64,000 nucleotides of DNA from Candidatus Omnitrophota bacterium (GTDB lineage Bacteria; Omnitrophota; Gorgyraeia; B26-G9): contig JAHITY010000070.1 of assembly GCA_018817165.1 (NCBI GenBank), positions 363 through 64,362 on the forward strand, given 5' to 3'. Shown one piece after another: positions 1-8,709 of this stretch. The position numbers and the translations under genes are program-made. How positions within the stretch are numbered: the stretch's first letter is position 1; every line of letters begins with the position of its first letter. The notes beneath the pieces are model-generated. The model was not told the DNA's origin, did no database searches, and saw only the letters and a list, made by a program, of their open reading frames with translations.

Positions 1-116
1 AATAAGCAATACGCAAATCCCGCATCAAGAGTGTAGGACAATAATATTCATGCCTAGCCAGACAGCACATCTTATTTGATTTCTATATATTTAGGCTGAT
101 AACAAAGAAAGACAGT

Positions 117-1349
117 ATGAGCAATTTATCACATACAAAGGAACAAAATAATGACAGTTTTTATGGCTTGGGTATTGCCCCGCGAATTTTGGAGATTTTG
201 GAGGGTTTGAAGTTTAAATCGCCAACGCCGATCCAGTTTCAGGCAATTCCTTTGGCTATTGAAGGTAAGGATGTTGTGGGCATTGCCCAGACAGGTACAG
301 GCAAGACTCATTCTTTTGCTATTCCGATGGTTCAAGGTTTGGTTGGAAAAAAAGGGATCGGTCTTGTTTTAGCTCCGACCAGAGAGCTGGCAATGCAGAT
401 AGAAGAAGTCTTTCAGCTGATTGTTCCTTCTTTTAAAATGGAAGCAGTTTGTCTGATCGGCGGAGCACCAATGGATCCACAGGTAAAAGCTTTGCGGCGT
501 AATCCTAAAATTATTATCGCAACTCCTGGGCGTTTAATCGATCATATGAGCAATTGGAATGTATTGCCCCAGGAAGTGGAGATGCTGGTTTTAGATGAAG
601 CCGATAGAATGCTGGATATGGGATTTTTACCTCAGATAGAGTTGATCTTGCAGCATTTACCCAAAGAACGGCAAACAATGTTATTTTCCGCAACCATGCC
701 CAAAGAAATCGTGGGCATAGCTGCTAAATATATGCAATTGCCGGTTTCTGTAGAAATAGCGCCGGCTGGTACGACCGCGGATAATGTTACTCAGGAATTA
801 TATATTGTTAAAAAAAGCGCGAAAATGGATTTATTGCGTAAAGTGCTCGGTCAGTATCATGGTCCAGTATTGTTGTTTTCCCGGACAAAACATAATGCGA
901 CGCGCTTGGTTCGTGCTATTCGCGGTATGGGGCATCGTGCGGCAGAAATACATTCTGACCGTAGTCTTGACCAGAGGATGGAAGCTTTGGAAGGATTTAA
1001 ATCCGGTCAATATAAAGTGTTGGTAGCCACAGATATTGCTTCGCGGGGAATTGATGTTACAGGTATTGAATTGGTAATAAACTATGATATTCCGGATGAC
1101 GCCAGCAATTATGTTCATCGGATTGGCAGGACAGGCAGAGCGGGGCATAAAGGTCATGCGATTTCTTTTGCTATGCCGGAACAAAAGCGAGATGTTGAGG
1201 ATATTGAAAAACTTATTCAAGCAACTTTGCCGATTGCGAAACATCCTAAGATCCAGTCAGAGTCATTTATTAGCGAAACTCCAGGTAATTTTCAGCCGAA
1301 AAAAAAGACGAAAAGGCCTTCGCCATCTCCTCGTCGACTGAAGAAATAA
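117..1349 (+). CDS. DEAD-box ATP-dependent RNA helicase
   Basis: Motifs AQTGTGKTHSF (Walker A), PTRELA, VLDEADRMLDMGF (DEAD box), SAT, HRIGRTGRAG; basic C-terminal tail. AGGA-like RBS upstream. Confidence 0.9.
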   Translation: MSNLSHTKEQNNDSFYGLGIAPRILEILEGLKFKSPTPIQFQAIPLAIEGKDVVGIAQTGTGKTHSFAIPMVQGLVGKKGIGLVLAPTRELAMQIEEVFQLIVPSFKMEAVCLIGGAPMDPQVKALRRNPKIIIATPGRLIDHMSNWNVLPQEVEMLVLDEADRMLDMGFLPQIELILQHLPKERQTMLFSATMPKEIVGIAAKYMQLPVSVEIAPAGTTADNVTQELYIVKKSAKMDLLRKVLGQYHGPVLLFSRTKHNATRLVRAIRGMGHRAAEIHSDRSLDQRMEALEGFKSGQYKVLVATDIASRGIDVTGIELVINYDIPDDASNYVHRIGRTGRAGHKGHAISFAMPEQKRDVEDIEKLIQATLPIAKHPKIQSESFISETPGNFQPKKKTKRPSPSPRRLKK

Positions 1350-1502
1350 ACTGCAAATTTCTCTCGTTTTATTGGTAAATATCAATTAAGCAGGAAATAT
1401 TTTTAATTGACCAAGAGAATCTATTTTTTTAATTAAGTTGACAAGCTAGGGCAATGAGCGCATACTAAATTAAGTAGTAAATAAGGGAATTGAAGTCTTA
1501 GT

Positions 1503-1540
1503 CCGCAAGGTAAAAGAAATTCACCTTGCGGTTTTTTTTC
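1503..1540 (+). terminator. Rho-independent terminator after the helicase gene
   Basis: Stem CCGCAAGGT...ACCTTGCGG followed by a run of nine T. Confidence 0.75.
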
Positions 1541-1589
1541 TTTAGGCTATTATTTATTATAATTTAGAAAGAAGGAGGTGTAGTAAATA

Positions 1590-1790
1590 ATGGCAAAAGG
1601 AACAGTTAAATGGTTTAATGACCAAAAAGGTTATGGATTTATTGCTGCTGAGTCAGGTAATGATGTATTCGTGCATCATAATGCGATTCAGGGTGATGGC
1701 TATAAGTCTTTAAGTGAAGGGCAGGAAGTTGAGTTTGAAATTCAGCCAGGGCCAAAAGGCGATCAAGCCGCAAATGTAGTAAAAATATAA
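1590..1790 (+). CDS. csp: Cold-shock protein (CspA family)
   Basis: [26 protein letters not shown] motifs. Strong RBS AAGGAGGTG. Confidence 0.92.
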   Translation: MAKGTVKWFNDQKGYGFIAAESGNDVFVHHNAIQGDGYKSLSEGQEVEFEIQPGPKGDQAANVVKI

Positions 1791-1801
1791 TTTGCATGCA
1801 G

Positions 1802-1836
1802 CAAGGCTCGAACATAAAGTTCGAGCCTTGTTTCTT
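1802..1836 (+). terminator. Rho-independent terminator between tandem csp genes
   Basis: CAAGGCTCGAAC-ataaa-GTTCGAGCCTTG followed by TTTCTT. Confidence 0.7.
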
Positions 1837-1852
1837 AATAAGGAGATATGAT

Positions 1853-2062
1853 ATGCATAAAGGCAAAATAAATAAAGTTGTTCGTGATAGAGGTTTTGGC
1901 TTTATTGACGATACAGATGGAAGACAATTGTTTTTTCATCAGAGCAGTGTATCAGGAGTTGAATTTGATTCTTTAAGAGGAGAAGAACAGGTTGAGTTTG
2001 AAGTAGAAGATTCTCCTAAGGGGCCAAGGGCGATTAATGTAAAGATAATTGAACAAGCGTAA
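1853..2062 (+). CDS. Cold-shock-domain protein (second copy)
   Basis: MHKGKINKVVRDRGFGFI...FFHQSSV. Start moved from the ORF-track position to the ATG at 1853, which follows an AAGGAG RBS. Confidence 0.8.
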   Translation: MHKGKINKVVRDRGFGFIDDTDGRQLFFHQSSVSGVEFDSLRGEEQVEFEVEDSPKGPRAINVKIIEQA

Positions 2063-2206
2063 TCTTTGATAATGTTTTGTTCTGATAGCAAAAAAGGGAT
2101 GACTTAGGTTGTCCCTTTTTTTTATTTAAATAATCAGTAAAAGGAATAATCTATAAGCTAATAATAAGAATGTTGTGAGGATTTAAATAATATTAGAGGA
2201 AATGAC

Positions 2207-2235
2207 TTGACAGTAGATTATCCATAGGGTATACT
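2207..2235 (+). promoter_or_regulatory. sigma70-type promoter upstream of fur
   Basis: TTGACA (2207-2212), 17-nt spacer, TATACT (2230-2235). Confidence 0.55.
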
Positions 2236-2274
2236 CTTATTAGTAGTGATAATCATTATCAATAAGGAGCTAAG

Positions 2275-2739
2275 ATGCGCAGGGGTTGTGAGGAAGCAAG
2301 CGATGGATGCCATGGTAAATTTCGTGGATTTGGCTATCGGATGACCTTAGCTAGGCAGTCGATTTTAGATGTATTGAGCCGGACTTCAAAGCATTTGAGC
2401 GCGGAAGAAATATATCATGAAGTTTATAAAACGCATCCGACAAGCGGTCTGGCCACAGTTTATCGAACTGTTGAGCTATTGGTGCAAATTGGTTTGGTCA
2501 ATAAATTTGATTTTGGGGACAATCGGGCACGCTATGAACTTGAAATAGGCTCGGAACATAAAGCGCATCATCATCACTTAGTATGTATGAATTGTCGCAG
2601 AGTAATTGATTATACTGATTTTATTGAAGAAGAAGTAGAGTTATTATCGAAGACAGAAAAAGGCCTTTCTAAAAAATACAATTTTCAAATCAAAAAACAC
2701 ATTATCCAGTTTTATGGATTATGCGATAAATGCCAATAG
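2275..2739 (+). CDS. fur: Fur-family metalloregulator (Fur/Zur/PerR)
   Basis: HTH region, HHHHLVCMNCRRV and C-terminal CDKC zinc motifs. AAGGAG RBS. Confidence 0.8.
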   Translation: MRRGCEEASDGCHGKFRGFGYRMTLARQSILDVLSRTSKHLSAEEIYHEVYKTHPTSGLATVYRTVELLVQIGLVNKFDFGDNRARYELEIGSEHKAHHHHLVCMNCRRVIDYTDFIEEEVELLSKTEKGLSKKYNFQIKKHIIQFYGLCDKCQ

Positions 2740-2763
2740 ACGAATAGAATATATTTTTTAAGC

Positions 2764-2791
2764 ATTAATGAGAATGGTTCTCATTAATGTT
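2764..2791 (+). other. Perfect 12-bp stem hairpin downstream of fur
   Basis: CATTAATGAGAA-tggt-TTCTCATTAATG. No T-tract follows, so it may be an attenuator or a protein-binding site. Confidence 0.5.
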
Positions 2792-2807
2792 CCGTAAGGA
2801 AGGCTTT

Positions 2808-2912
2808 AATAATAATGAATCCGAAAGTGTCTGCTTGGCCGCAGCCATTTCGGACTAAATTCGCGCAGGTTGACTTGATGTCGCAAAGGTGCTCCATAAG
2901 TCAAGTGCGCAT
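2808..2912. repeat. Intergenic repeat family R1, copy a (hairpin element)
   Basis: AATAATGAATCCGAAAGTGTCTGCTTGGCCGCAGCCATTTCGGACTAAATTCGCGCAGGTTGACTTGATG... Near-identical to copies at 3212 and 42099. Nested stems CCGAAA/TTTCGG and CTGC/GCAG. Confidence 0.7.
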
Positions 2913-2930
2913 TTAATGGAGGTGAATACT

Positions 2931-3215
2931 ATGCCAGGATTTAATGGTACGGGTCCAAATGGTCAGGGTGCGTTTACAGGCGGAGGAAGAGGTTATTGCG
3001 TGGGTTATCTAAATGTTGCTGGTAGAGGTGCTCGATTTGGTAAAGGTTTGGGGCGCGGTTTTGGTCGGAAAAACTTAAATCGAGGTCGAGGTGGTCAATA
3101 TCAAGCGGATGCTAATCCTGCTTTGGAGGTTGAAGGTTTAAAAGAGCAGGCTCAGTTGATTCAGGAAGAGCTTGGAATGATTAATCAACGGATAAAGGAA
3201 TTGGAAAGTAAATAA
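2931..3215 (+). CDS. Gly/Arg-rich protein with C-terminal coiled coil (DUF5320-like)
   Basis: GxGRG repeats (GGGRGYC, GRGARFGKGLGRGFGRKNLNRGRGG), then a helical LKEQAQLIQEELGMINQRIKELE tail. Start at the ATG after the GGAGGTG RBS. Confidence 0.6.
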   Translation: MPGFNGTGPNGQGAFTGGGRGYCVGYLNVAGRGARFGKGLGRGFGRKNLNRGRGGQYQADANPALEVEGLKEQAQLIQEELGMINQRIKELESK

Positions 3216-3290
3216 TAATGATTCCGAAAGTATCTGCTAGGCTGCAGCTATTTCGGGATAAATTCTCCCGCCGAACTTCGGCGGGATCAT
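3212..3290. repeat. Intergenic repeat family R1, copy b, plus adjacent hairpin
   Basis: AATAATGATTCCGAAAGTATCTGCTAGGCTGCAGCTATTTCGGGATAAATTC, then hairpin CTCCCGCCGAACTTCGGCGGGAT. Confidence 0.7.
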
Positions 3291-3300
3291 TTAGAGGAGG

Positions 3301-3720
3301 ATGATTTTGAAAGTAGCAATTTCCACAGATGGAGAGCAAGTATCAGCGCATTTTGGGCGTTGTCCCAGTTTTACGATAGCAGAAATTGACAATAATGAAA
3401 TTATAAACACAACGCTTATTGATAATCCTGGACATCATCCTGGATTTCTTCCTAAGTTTTTGCAGGAAAAGGGAGTGAACGCGATTATTGCCGGAGGCAT
3501 GGGGCAAAGGGCACAAATTTTATTTGAACAAAGTAATATCCAAACAATTATGGGTATTGCCGGGTCGATTAAGGCAGTGTTGGAAAAGCTGAGATCAGGT
3601 ACTTTGCAAGGAGGCGCTAGCTTATGTAATCCCGGAGCCGGTAAAGGTTATGGCATAGAAAAAACAGAATGTGATCATCCGAACGAAGATGATTGCGAAC
3701 ATGAAAAGGGGTCAAAATGA
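3301..3720 (+). CDS. NifX/NifB-C-terminal-like dinitrogenase FeMo-cofactor-binding family protein
   Basis: KVAISTDGEQVSAHFGRCPSFTIAEID...GVNAIIAGGMGQRA pattern typical of the Nitro_FeMo-Co (PF02579-like) fold. Confidence 0.7.
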   Translation: MILKVAISTDGEQVSAHFGRCPSFTIAEIDNNEIINTTLIDNPGHHPGFLPKFLQEKGVNAIIAGGMGQRAQILFEQSNIQTIMGIAGSIKAVLEKLRSGTLQGGASLCNPGAGKGYGIEKTECDHPNEDDCEHEKGSK

Positions 3721-4082
3721 ATGTTTGTATTACGGCACAAGGTAAAGATTTAGATTGTATGGTAGATCCGCGTTTTGGTCGCTGTCAGTATTTTATCATT
3801 GCTGATACCGATAGTTTAGAGTTTGAAGTAGTAGTTAATCCGAATATGGATACTACTGGTGGGGCGGGCATCCAATCCGGGCAATTAATGGCGGAAAAGC
3901 AGGTTAAGGCAGTGCTTACGGGAAATGTCGGACCAAACGCGTTTCAAACCTTAAAAGCAGCGGGAATTGAGATCATTACCGGAGTATCGGGAAATATAAA
4001 AGAGGCAATTGAAAAATATAAAAATAATGGATTTAAAATAACTGATAGTCCTAGTGTTGATTCACATTTCGGTACAAAATAA
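3717..4082 (+). CDS. Second NifX-like FeMo-cofactor-binding family protein
   Basis: DPRFGRCQYFIIADTD...VKAVLTGNVGPNAF. Paralogue of the preceding gene. Overlaps its stop by 4 nt. Confidence 0.7.
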   Translation: MNVCITAQGKDLDCMVDPRFGRCQYFIIADTDSLEFEVVVNPNMDTTGGAGIQSGQLMAEKQVKAVLTGNVGPNAFQTLKAAGIEIITGVSGNIKEAIEKYKNNGFKITDSPSVDSHFGTK

Positions 4083-4108
4083 TTAAAAAATTAAAGGGAG
4101 GGCTAGAT

Positions 4109-4312
4109 ATGAAAGAGCAAAGTTGTGAATTATTGGAAAAATGCGGATTTTTTCAAAAATATCAAAATACTAAAGAACTTGCTTGTAAGGGATTTATGAA
4201 TCGGTTTTGCAAAGGCCCAGAAATGAATGAATGTAAAAGAAAAGAGTATAGGCAGAAATATGGGTTTGCCCCATCGGATGATATGATGCCATCAGGTCAA
4301 ATGATTAGATAA
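4109..4312 (+). CDS. Small Cys-rich protein (5 Cys in 67 aa), unknown function
   Basis: AGGGAGG RBS. Cys spacing C6, C12, C26, C34, C42. Confidence 0.45.
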   Translation: MKEQSCELLEKCGFFQKYQNTKELACKGFMNRFCKGPEMNECKRKEYRQKYGFAPSDDMMPSGQMIR

Positions 4313-4497
4313 AACGAATTATTATTTAAATGATCCTCTGCCGGTTCTAGAATAAATGTTGCGGATTTGGAGATTTTAGATCAATGCTTTAACGGAAATT
4401 TAGATTCAGCTAAAAAGTTTTTAGCTAAAGGTTTGAAAATACAACAGACAGTCAGCTTTACTCAAAACGTAATAATCGTCAGCCGGAGCAAATAACT

Positions 4498-5352
4498 ATG
4501 ATTATATCAGTGGCTAGTGGAAAAGGCGGGACAGGTAAAACAACAGTTGCGGTTAACTTGGCTTTGTCTTTGAATAATGTTCAGTTTCTTGATTGTGATG
4601 TTGAAGAACCCAATGCGCATATTTTTTTAAAGCCGATTATTGAAAAAGAGGAGAAAGCGTATATTTTAGTTCCGGAAGTTGACGAAGCTAAATGCAATTA
4701 TTGCGGTAAATGCCGGCAGGTATGCGCTTATAACGCTTTTGCTGTCTTACCTCCGCAAAATAATAAAAAAGGCAGCATTTTAGTGTTTACTGATTTATGT
4801 CATGGCTGCGGCGCATGCAGTTTTTTTTGTGAGCAGCAGGCAATAACCGAAGTTAAACATAAGATTGGAATTGTAGAATCAGGTTATGTCGGATCAATGC
4901 GTTTTGTTCAGGGGAAATTGGATATTGGCCAGGCTATGGCACCGCCTTTGATTCGGCAGGTAAAAGAGGCTATTGATTATGGTAAAACAGTGATTATTGA
5001 TGCTCCGCCTGGGACATCTTGCCCGGTTGTCAGCGCGGTTAAGGGAAGTGATTTTTGTCTTTTGGTCACAGAACCAACTCCGTTTGGTTTAAACGACTTG
5101 GTTTTGGCAGTTGAGGTATTAAGAAAGTTGCGTATTCCTTTTGGCGTGGTAATTAATCGGGCGGATTTAGGTGATAATAAAACTGAAGAATATTGCGCAG
5201 CGGAAAAAATACCAATATTAATGCGGATTCCATTTAAAAGAGAAATAGCAGAGGCTTATTCCCAGGGAAAAGTTATGGTTGAAGTATTCCCGGATTATAA
5301 AAAAAGATTTATTGATTTATTTGAAAAAATTCAAAGGATTGAGCAAGAGTAG
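4498..5352 (+). CDS. MinD/ParA-superfamily P-loop ATPase with inserted 2x[4Fe-4S] ferredoxin domain
   Basis: Deviant Walker A SGKGGTGKTT; CNYCGKCRQVC and CHGCGACSFFC cluster motifs. Confidence 0.85.
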   Translation: MIISVASGKGGTGKTTVAVNLALSLNNVQFLDCDVEEPNAHIFLKPIIEKEEKAYILVPEVDEAKCNYCGKCRQVCAYNAFAVLPPQNNKKGSILVFTDLCHGCGACSFFCEQQAITEVKHKIGIVESGYVGSMRFVQGKLDIGQAMAPPLIRQVKEAIDYGKTVIIDAPPGTSCPVVSAVKGSDFCLLVTEPTPFGLNDLVLAVEVLRKLRIPFGVVINRADLGDNKTEEYCAAEKIPILMRIPFKREIAEAYSQGKVMVEVFPDYKKRFIDLFEKIQRIEQE

Positions 5353-5361
5353 GAGACGGTC

Positions 5362-5421
5362 ATGATTAAAACAACGGATATTTTGGTTTTAGGCGGCGGG
5401 GCAGCGGCAAGGAAAATATAA
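5362..5421 (+). other. 19-aa ORF that looks like an orphan N-terminus of an FAD/NAD(P) Rossmann oxidoreductase
   Basis: MIKTTDILVLGGGAAARKI* with a GGAG RBS. Its stop TAA abuts the next ATG (taaATG). Either a gene remnant or a coupled leader ORF. Confidence 0.25.
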
Positions 5422-6285
5422 ATGAAACAAATATTGATAATCAGTGGTAAAGGCGGAACCGGTAAGACTGTTTTGACAGGGGCATTGGCAGCATTAGCTA
5501 CAAACAAAGTTATGGCGGATTGCGATGTGGATGCGGCGGATTTGCATCTTTTGCTTGCGCCAAACATTAAGCAAACGCATGAATTCCGCAGCGGCAAAAC
5601 AGCATTTTTAGATAAGAGCTTTTGCAAGCAATGTGGTAGATGTATTAATCTTTGCCGTTTTCAGGCAATCAATGAGAATTATCTGATTGATCCCATTGCC
5701 TGCGAGGGATGTGGCTTTTGCAGTTTTGCTTGTCCGCAAAACGCGATTAGTATGCAAGAAAATATTTGCGGGCATTGGTTTGTTTCTGATACGCGGTTTG
5801 GTGCTATGGTGCATGCTAAGCTGGGAATTGCTGAAGAGAATTCGGGAAAACTTGTGGCTTTGGTGCGTAAGCAAGCCAAGGATTTGGCGGAAAAAAATAA
5901 GTGTGATTGGGTGATTATTGATGGAGCTCCGGGCATTGGTTGTCCGGTTATCGCTTCTTTGTCTGGAATAGATTGCGCTCTAATTATTACTGAGCCAACG
6001 CTTTGCGGATTGCATGATGCGGCTAGGGTAATCGAAGTAGCGCGGCATTTTAGTGTGCCGGTGAGAATGGTTATAAATAAATATGATTTAAATATTTTAA
6101 TGTCAGAAACAATCGAAAAATACTGCAACGAGAATAATGTTGAGCTAATTGGGAAAATTAGTTTTGACAAATCAGTAGTTGCGGCAATGGTCGAGGGGAA
6201 AACGATTATTGAGTATAAGAATTGTTTGGCAAAAAAAGAGATTATTGCTATTTGGGAAAAACTAAAACAGGATTTGAATAATTAA
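5422..6285 (+). CDS. Second MinD/ParA-type ATPase with ferredoxin insert (paralogue)
   Basis: SGKGGTGKT; CKQCGRCINLC and CEGCGFCSFAC. Confidence 0.85.
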   Translation: MKQILIISGKGGTGKTVLTGALAALATNKVMADCDVDAADLHLLLAPNIKQTHEFRSGKTAFLDKSFCKQCGRCINLCRFQAINENYLIDPIACEGCGFCSFACPQNAISMQENICGHWFVSDTRFGAMVHAKLGIAEENSGKLVALVRKQAKDLAEKNKCDWVIIDGAPGIGCPVIASLSGIDCALIITEPTLCGLHDAARVIEVARHFSVPVRMVINKYDLNILMSETIEKYCNENNVELIGKISFDKSVVAAMVEGKTIIEYKNCLAKKEIIAIWEKLKQDLNN

Positions 6286-6296
6286 ACGGGGTTAAG

Positions 6297-6677
6297 ATGC
6301 AAGATGACTTAGATTCTTATCCAAGAGAGTTTCAGGCTTTAGTAAAGCATCCCAAATGTTTTGGCAGGATGAACGCGCCGGATTGCTCAGCTATTATTAA
6401 AGGGCCTTGTGGTGATGAAATGGAATTTTATCTTAATATTGAAAAAGGGGTAATTAAGGAAATTAAATTTTATACAAACGGCTGTGAAGCAACAATTGCT
6501 TGCGGTGAAGTAACTGCCAGGTTAGCGAGAGGCAGAGATATTGATGCTGCTTTGGGAATTTCACCCAAACAGGTAAAAGATGTTTTAAAGGTGTTGCCAG
6601 TGGAACATAAGCATTGTGCTATTCTAGCGGTCACCACGCTTTATCGGGCGCTTGCTGAATATTTACTCCAGCCATAA
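6297..6677 (+). CDS. NifU N-terminal/IscU-like Fe-S scaffold protein
   Basis: Three conserved Cys contexts: GPCGDEMEFYL, TNGCEATIAC, HKHCAILA. Confidence 0.7.
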   Translation: MQDDLDSYPREFQALVKHPKCFGRMNAPDCSAIIKGPCGDEMEFYLNIEKGVIKEIKFYTNGCEATIACGEVTARLARGRDIDAALGISPKQVKDVLKVLPVEHKHCAILAVTTLYRALAEYLLQP

Positions 6678-6699
6678 ACGAAAGGGAGCTTTGGGATGT

Positions 6700-7080
6700 A
6701 TGAAACAACCAATTGATTTTATGACTCAATTAACTGAGCATATTATCTGGAATGTCCGGCTACGCTGTTTTCTTGATGGAGGCGCGTGTATTAACGAAGA
6801 CCAGGCAGTTTCCAGCGAACGCTGCAGTCTGGGCCAGTGGCTGGCCCGAGAAGGTCTGAGTAAATATGGGCATATGGCGGCAATTAATGATTTGGACGCG
6901 ATACACAGCCAGATGCATAAACAAGTCAAGCAGATTATTATCGCAAAAAATTCCGGCAATGCCGTGGAGGCGGAAGCCGGGCTAATTATATTGCATAAAA
7001 TAAGTGAGAGGGTTATTGAACTTTTAACCGAACTTGACCGCAATTTTGATGAAACCAAGGAAGAGCGTTCCTTGGACTAA
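6700..7080 (+). CDS. CZB (chemoreceptor zinc-binding) domain protein
   Basis: HxxxW...CxLGxWL...HxxxH pattern (EHIIWNV, CSLGQWL, HMAAINDLDAIHSQMH). Start at the ATG at 6700 after an AAAGGGAG RBS. Confidence 0.6.
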   Translation: MKQPIDFMTQLTEHIIWNVRLRCFLDGGACINEDQAVSSERCSLGQWLAREGLSKYGHMAAINDLDAIHSQMHKQVKQIIIAKNSGNAVEAEAGLIILHKISERVIELLTELDRNFDETKEERSLD

Positions 7081-7168
7081 GTTTAATCAGAATAATAAAA
7101 ATATAATCTAGGGTTGAATAATTTTATTTCGATTTCGCTTATCAACATAAATAGGTAAGGAGGGAGTG

Positions 7169-7525
7169 ATGAGTAAAGTTTTTGGGTATGAGTTAATTTT
7201 AAACCTGGAGGAATGCGATAAGAGTATAATTACTTCAAGCAAAAAATTAAAAAACTATGTTGATAAACTTTGTGATTTAATTGAAATGGAAAAATACGGG
7301 AAAACTCTGCTTCCATATTTTGGCGAACGCGCTGAATATACAAAGGGTTATTCTTTGGTACAGCTGATCGAAACATCGTCAATTGTCGGGCATTTTTCGG
7401 ATTTTTGGGGAACGGCCTATATTAATATATTTTCTTGCAAGTCATATGACGCTAATTTGGCAAAGAAGTTTACCAAGGAATATTTTGCGGCAAAACGGAT
7501 GAAGGCGCGGTTTCTTACTCGCTGA
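7169..7525 (+). CDS. speH: S-adenosylmethionine decarboxylase proenzyme (small pyruvoyl-dependent SpeH/SpeD type)
   Basis: LVQLIETSSIVGHFSDFWG...YINIFSC resembles the ES cleavage/pyruvoyl site region. AAGGAGGG RBS. Confidence 0.7.
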   Translation: MSKVFGYELILNLEECDKSIITSSKKLKNYVDKLCDLIEMEKYGKTLLPYFGERAEYTKGYSLVQLIETSSIVGHFSDFWGTAYINIFSCKSYDANLAKKFTKEYFAAKRMKARFLTR

Positions 7526-7625
7526 ATTTTTATATTATGGCGGCTAAAACGAAGCCAAAAGATTTAACTTAATTTGATTTATTTAAGCTCTCGTGAGCTG
7601 AAAAGCTAAATCTTTCACATAAAAA

Positions 7626-8528
7626 ATGGTTAATATAATGAAAACATATCTTGATTGCATTCCTTGCTTTTTTCGCCAGGTGATCGATGCTGGCCGCATG
7701 GCGGGTTTAGATGATAAACAGCAGAAAAAGGTTGTGGATAAGTTTGCAAGTATTTTGCCGGAATTATCTTTGGATATGTCTCCGCCTGAGATTGCGCGAC
7801 TGACCAATAAACTGTTACAGAAAACCGCGAAGAGTAAAGACCTATACGCTAAAATAAAACAAAAAAGCAATCAAATCGGTCTGCGGATGTATGAAAAATT
7901 AAAACAGAAAGTTGAGGCTTCAAAAGACCAGCTATTAGCTGCGGTGGAGATAGCAATAATTGGCAATATTATAGATTATGGGGCCAAAAACCATTTGGAT
8001 TTGGATAAAGAGCTGGATAGAATGCTGCGTAAGGAAAAGCAATTGATCAAAAAAGAGAAAAAACGTATTTTTAACTATAAACAATTTAAGGAGCAATTGT
8101 CTAGAGCAAAAACAATTCTTTATTTAGCGGATAATGCCGGAGAAACAGTATTTGATCGGGTTTTGATTGAACAAATAAAGAGAATTGATCCCAATAAAAT
8201 AATTATTTACGCGGTAAAAGATAAGCCGGTTATTAATGATGCCTTGCTTGAAGATGCTTTGATTTGTGGAATTGATAAACAAGCGGAAATTATATCTAGC
8301 GGTTCAGATGCTCCGGGGACAGTGCTTGCTTTGTGCTCAAAGAAATTTTTAGATGTATATAATAAAGCGGATATGATTATTAGCAAAGGGCAGGGGAATT
8401 TTGAAGCATTGGCAGCAGTGAATAAGCGGCTGATATTTTTTTTGTTTATGGTCAAATGCGCTGTAGTCGCGGAAAATGTGGATTGTAAAATAGGGGATAT
8501 CACTTTATTATTTAATAGTGGTGATTGA
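7626..8528 (+). CDS. DUF89/ARMT1-like family protein (putative damage-control phosphatase)
   Basis: N-terminal CIPCFFRQ motif and Asp-rich metal-site-like core. Start could be 7638. Confidence 0.4.
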   Translation: MVNIMKTYLDCIPCFFRQVIDAGRMAGLDDKQQKKVVDKFASILPELSLDMSPPEIARLTNKLLQKTAKSKDLYAKIKQKSNQIGLRMYEKLKQKVEASKDQLLAAVEIAIIGNIIDYGAKNHLDLDKELDRMLRKEKQLIKKEKKRIFNYKQFKEQLSRAKTILYLADNAGETVFDRVLIEQIKRIDPNKIIIYAVKDKPVINDALLEDALICGIDKQAEIISSGSDAPGTVLALCSKKFLDVYNKADMIISKGQGNFEALAAVNKRLIFFLFMVKCAVVAENVDCKIGDITLLFNSGD

Positions 8529-8532
8529 ATTT

Positions 8533-8685
8533 ATGAGAATATTTTGGTTGATGTTGGTGATGAATATAGTTATATTATTTTTAGGCTCAATTCTTATGCC
8601 TCCGCTTCCTTTGTGGATAGGTGGTTTAATCGGGATATTTGTCTTTCTTTTGGTGGGGAATTTAACGGCAAAATTTGTTGAATAA
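8533..8685 (+). CDS. Small hydrophobic membrane protein (50 aa)
   Basis: MRIFWLMLVMNIVILFLGSILMPPLPLWIGGLIGIFVFLLVGNLTAKFVE. Lies in a gap. No strong RBS. Confidence 0.3.
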   Translation: MRIFWLMLVMNIVILFLGSILMPPLPLWIGGLIGIFVFLLVGNLTAKFVE

Positions 8686-8709
8686 ATTAAAGATCGAAAC
8701 GGGGAAAGC

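Noticed and set aside
7583-7870. Minus-strand 95-aa ORF overlapping the DUF89 start.
   Set aside because: Antisense to a conserved + strand gene. No RBS.
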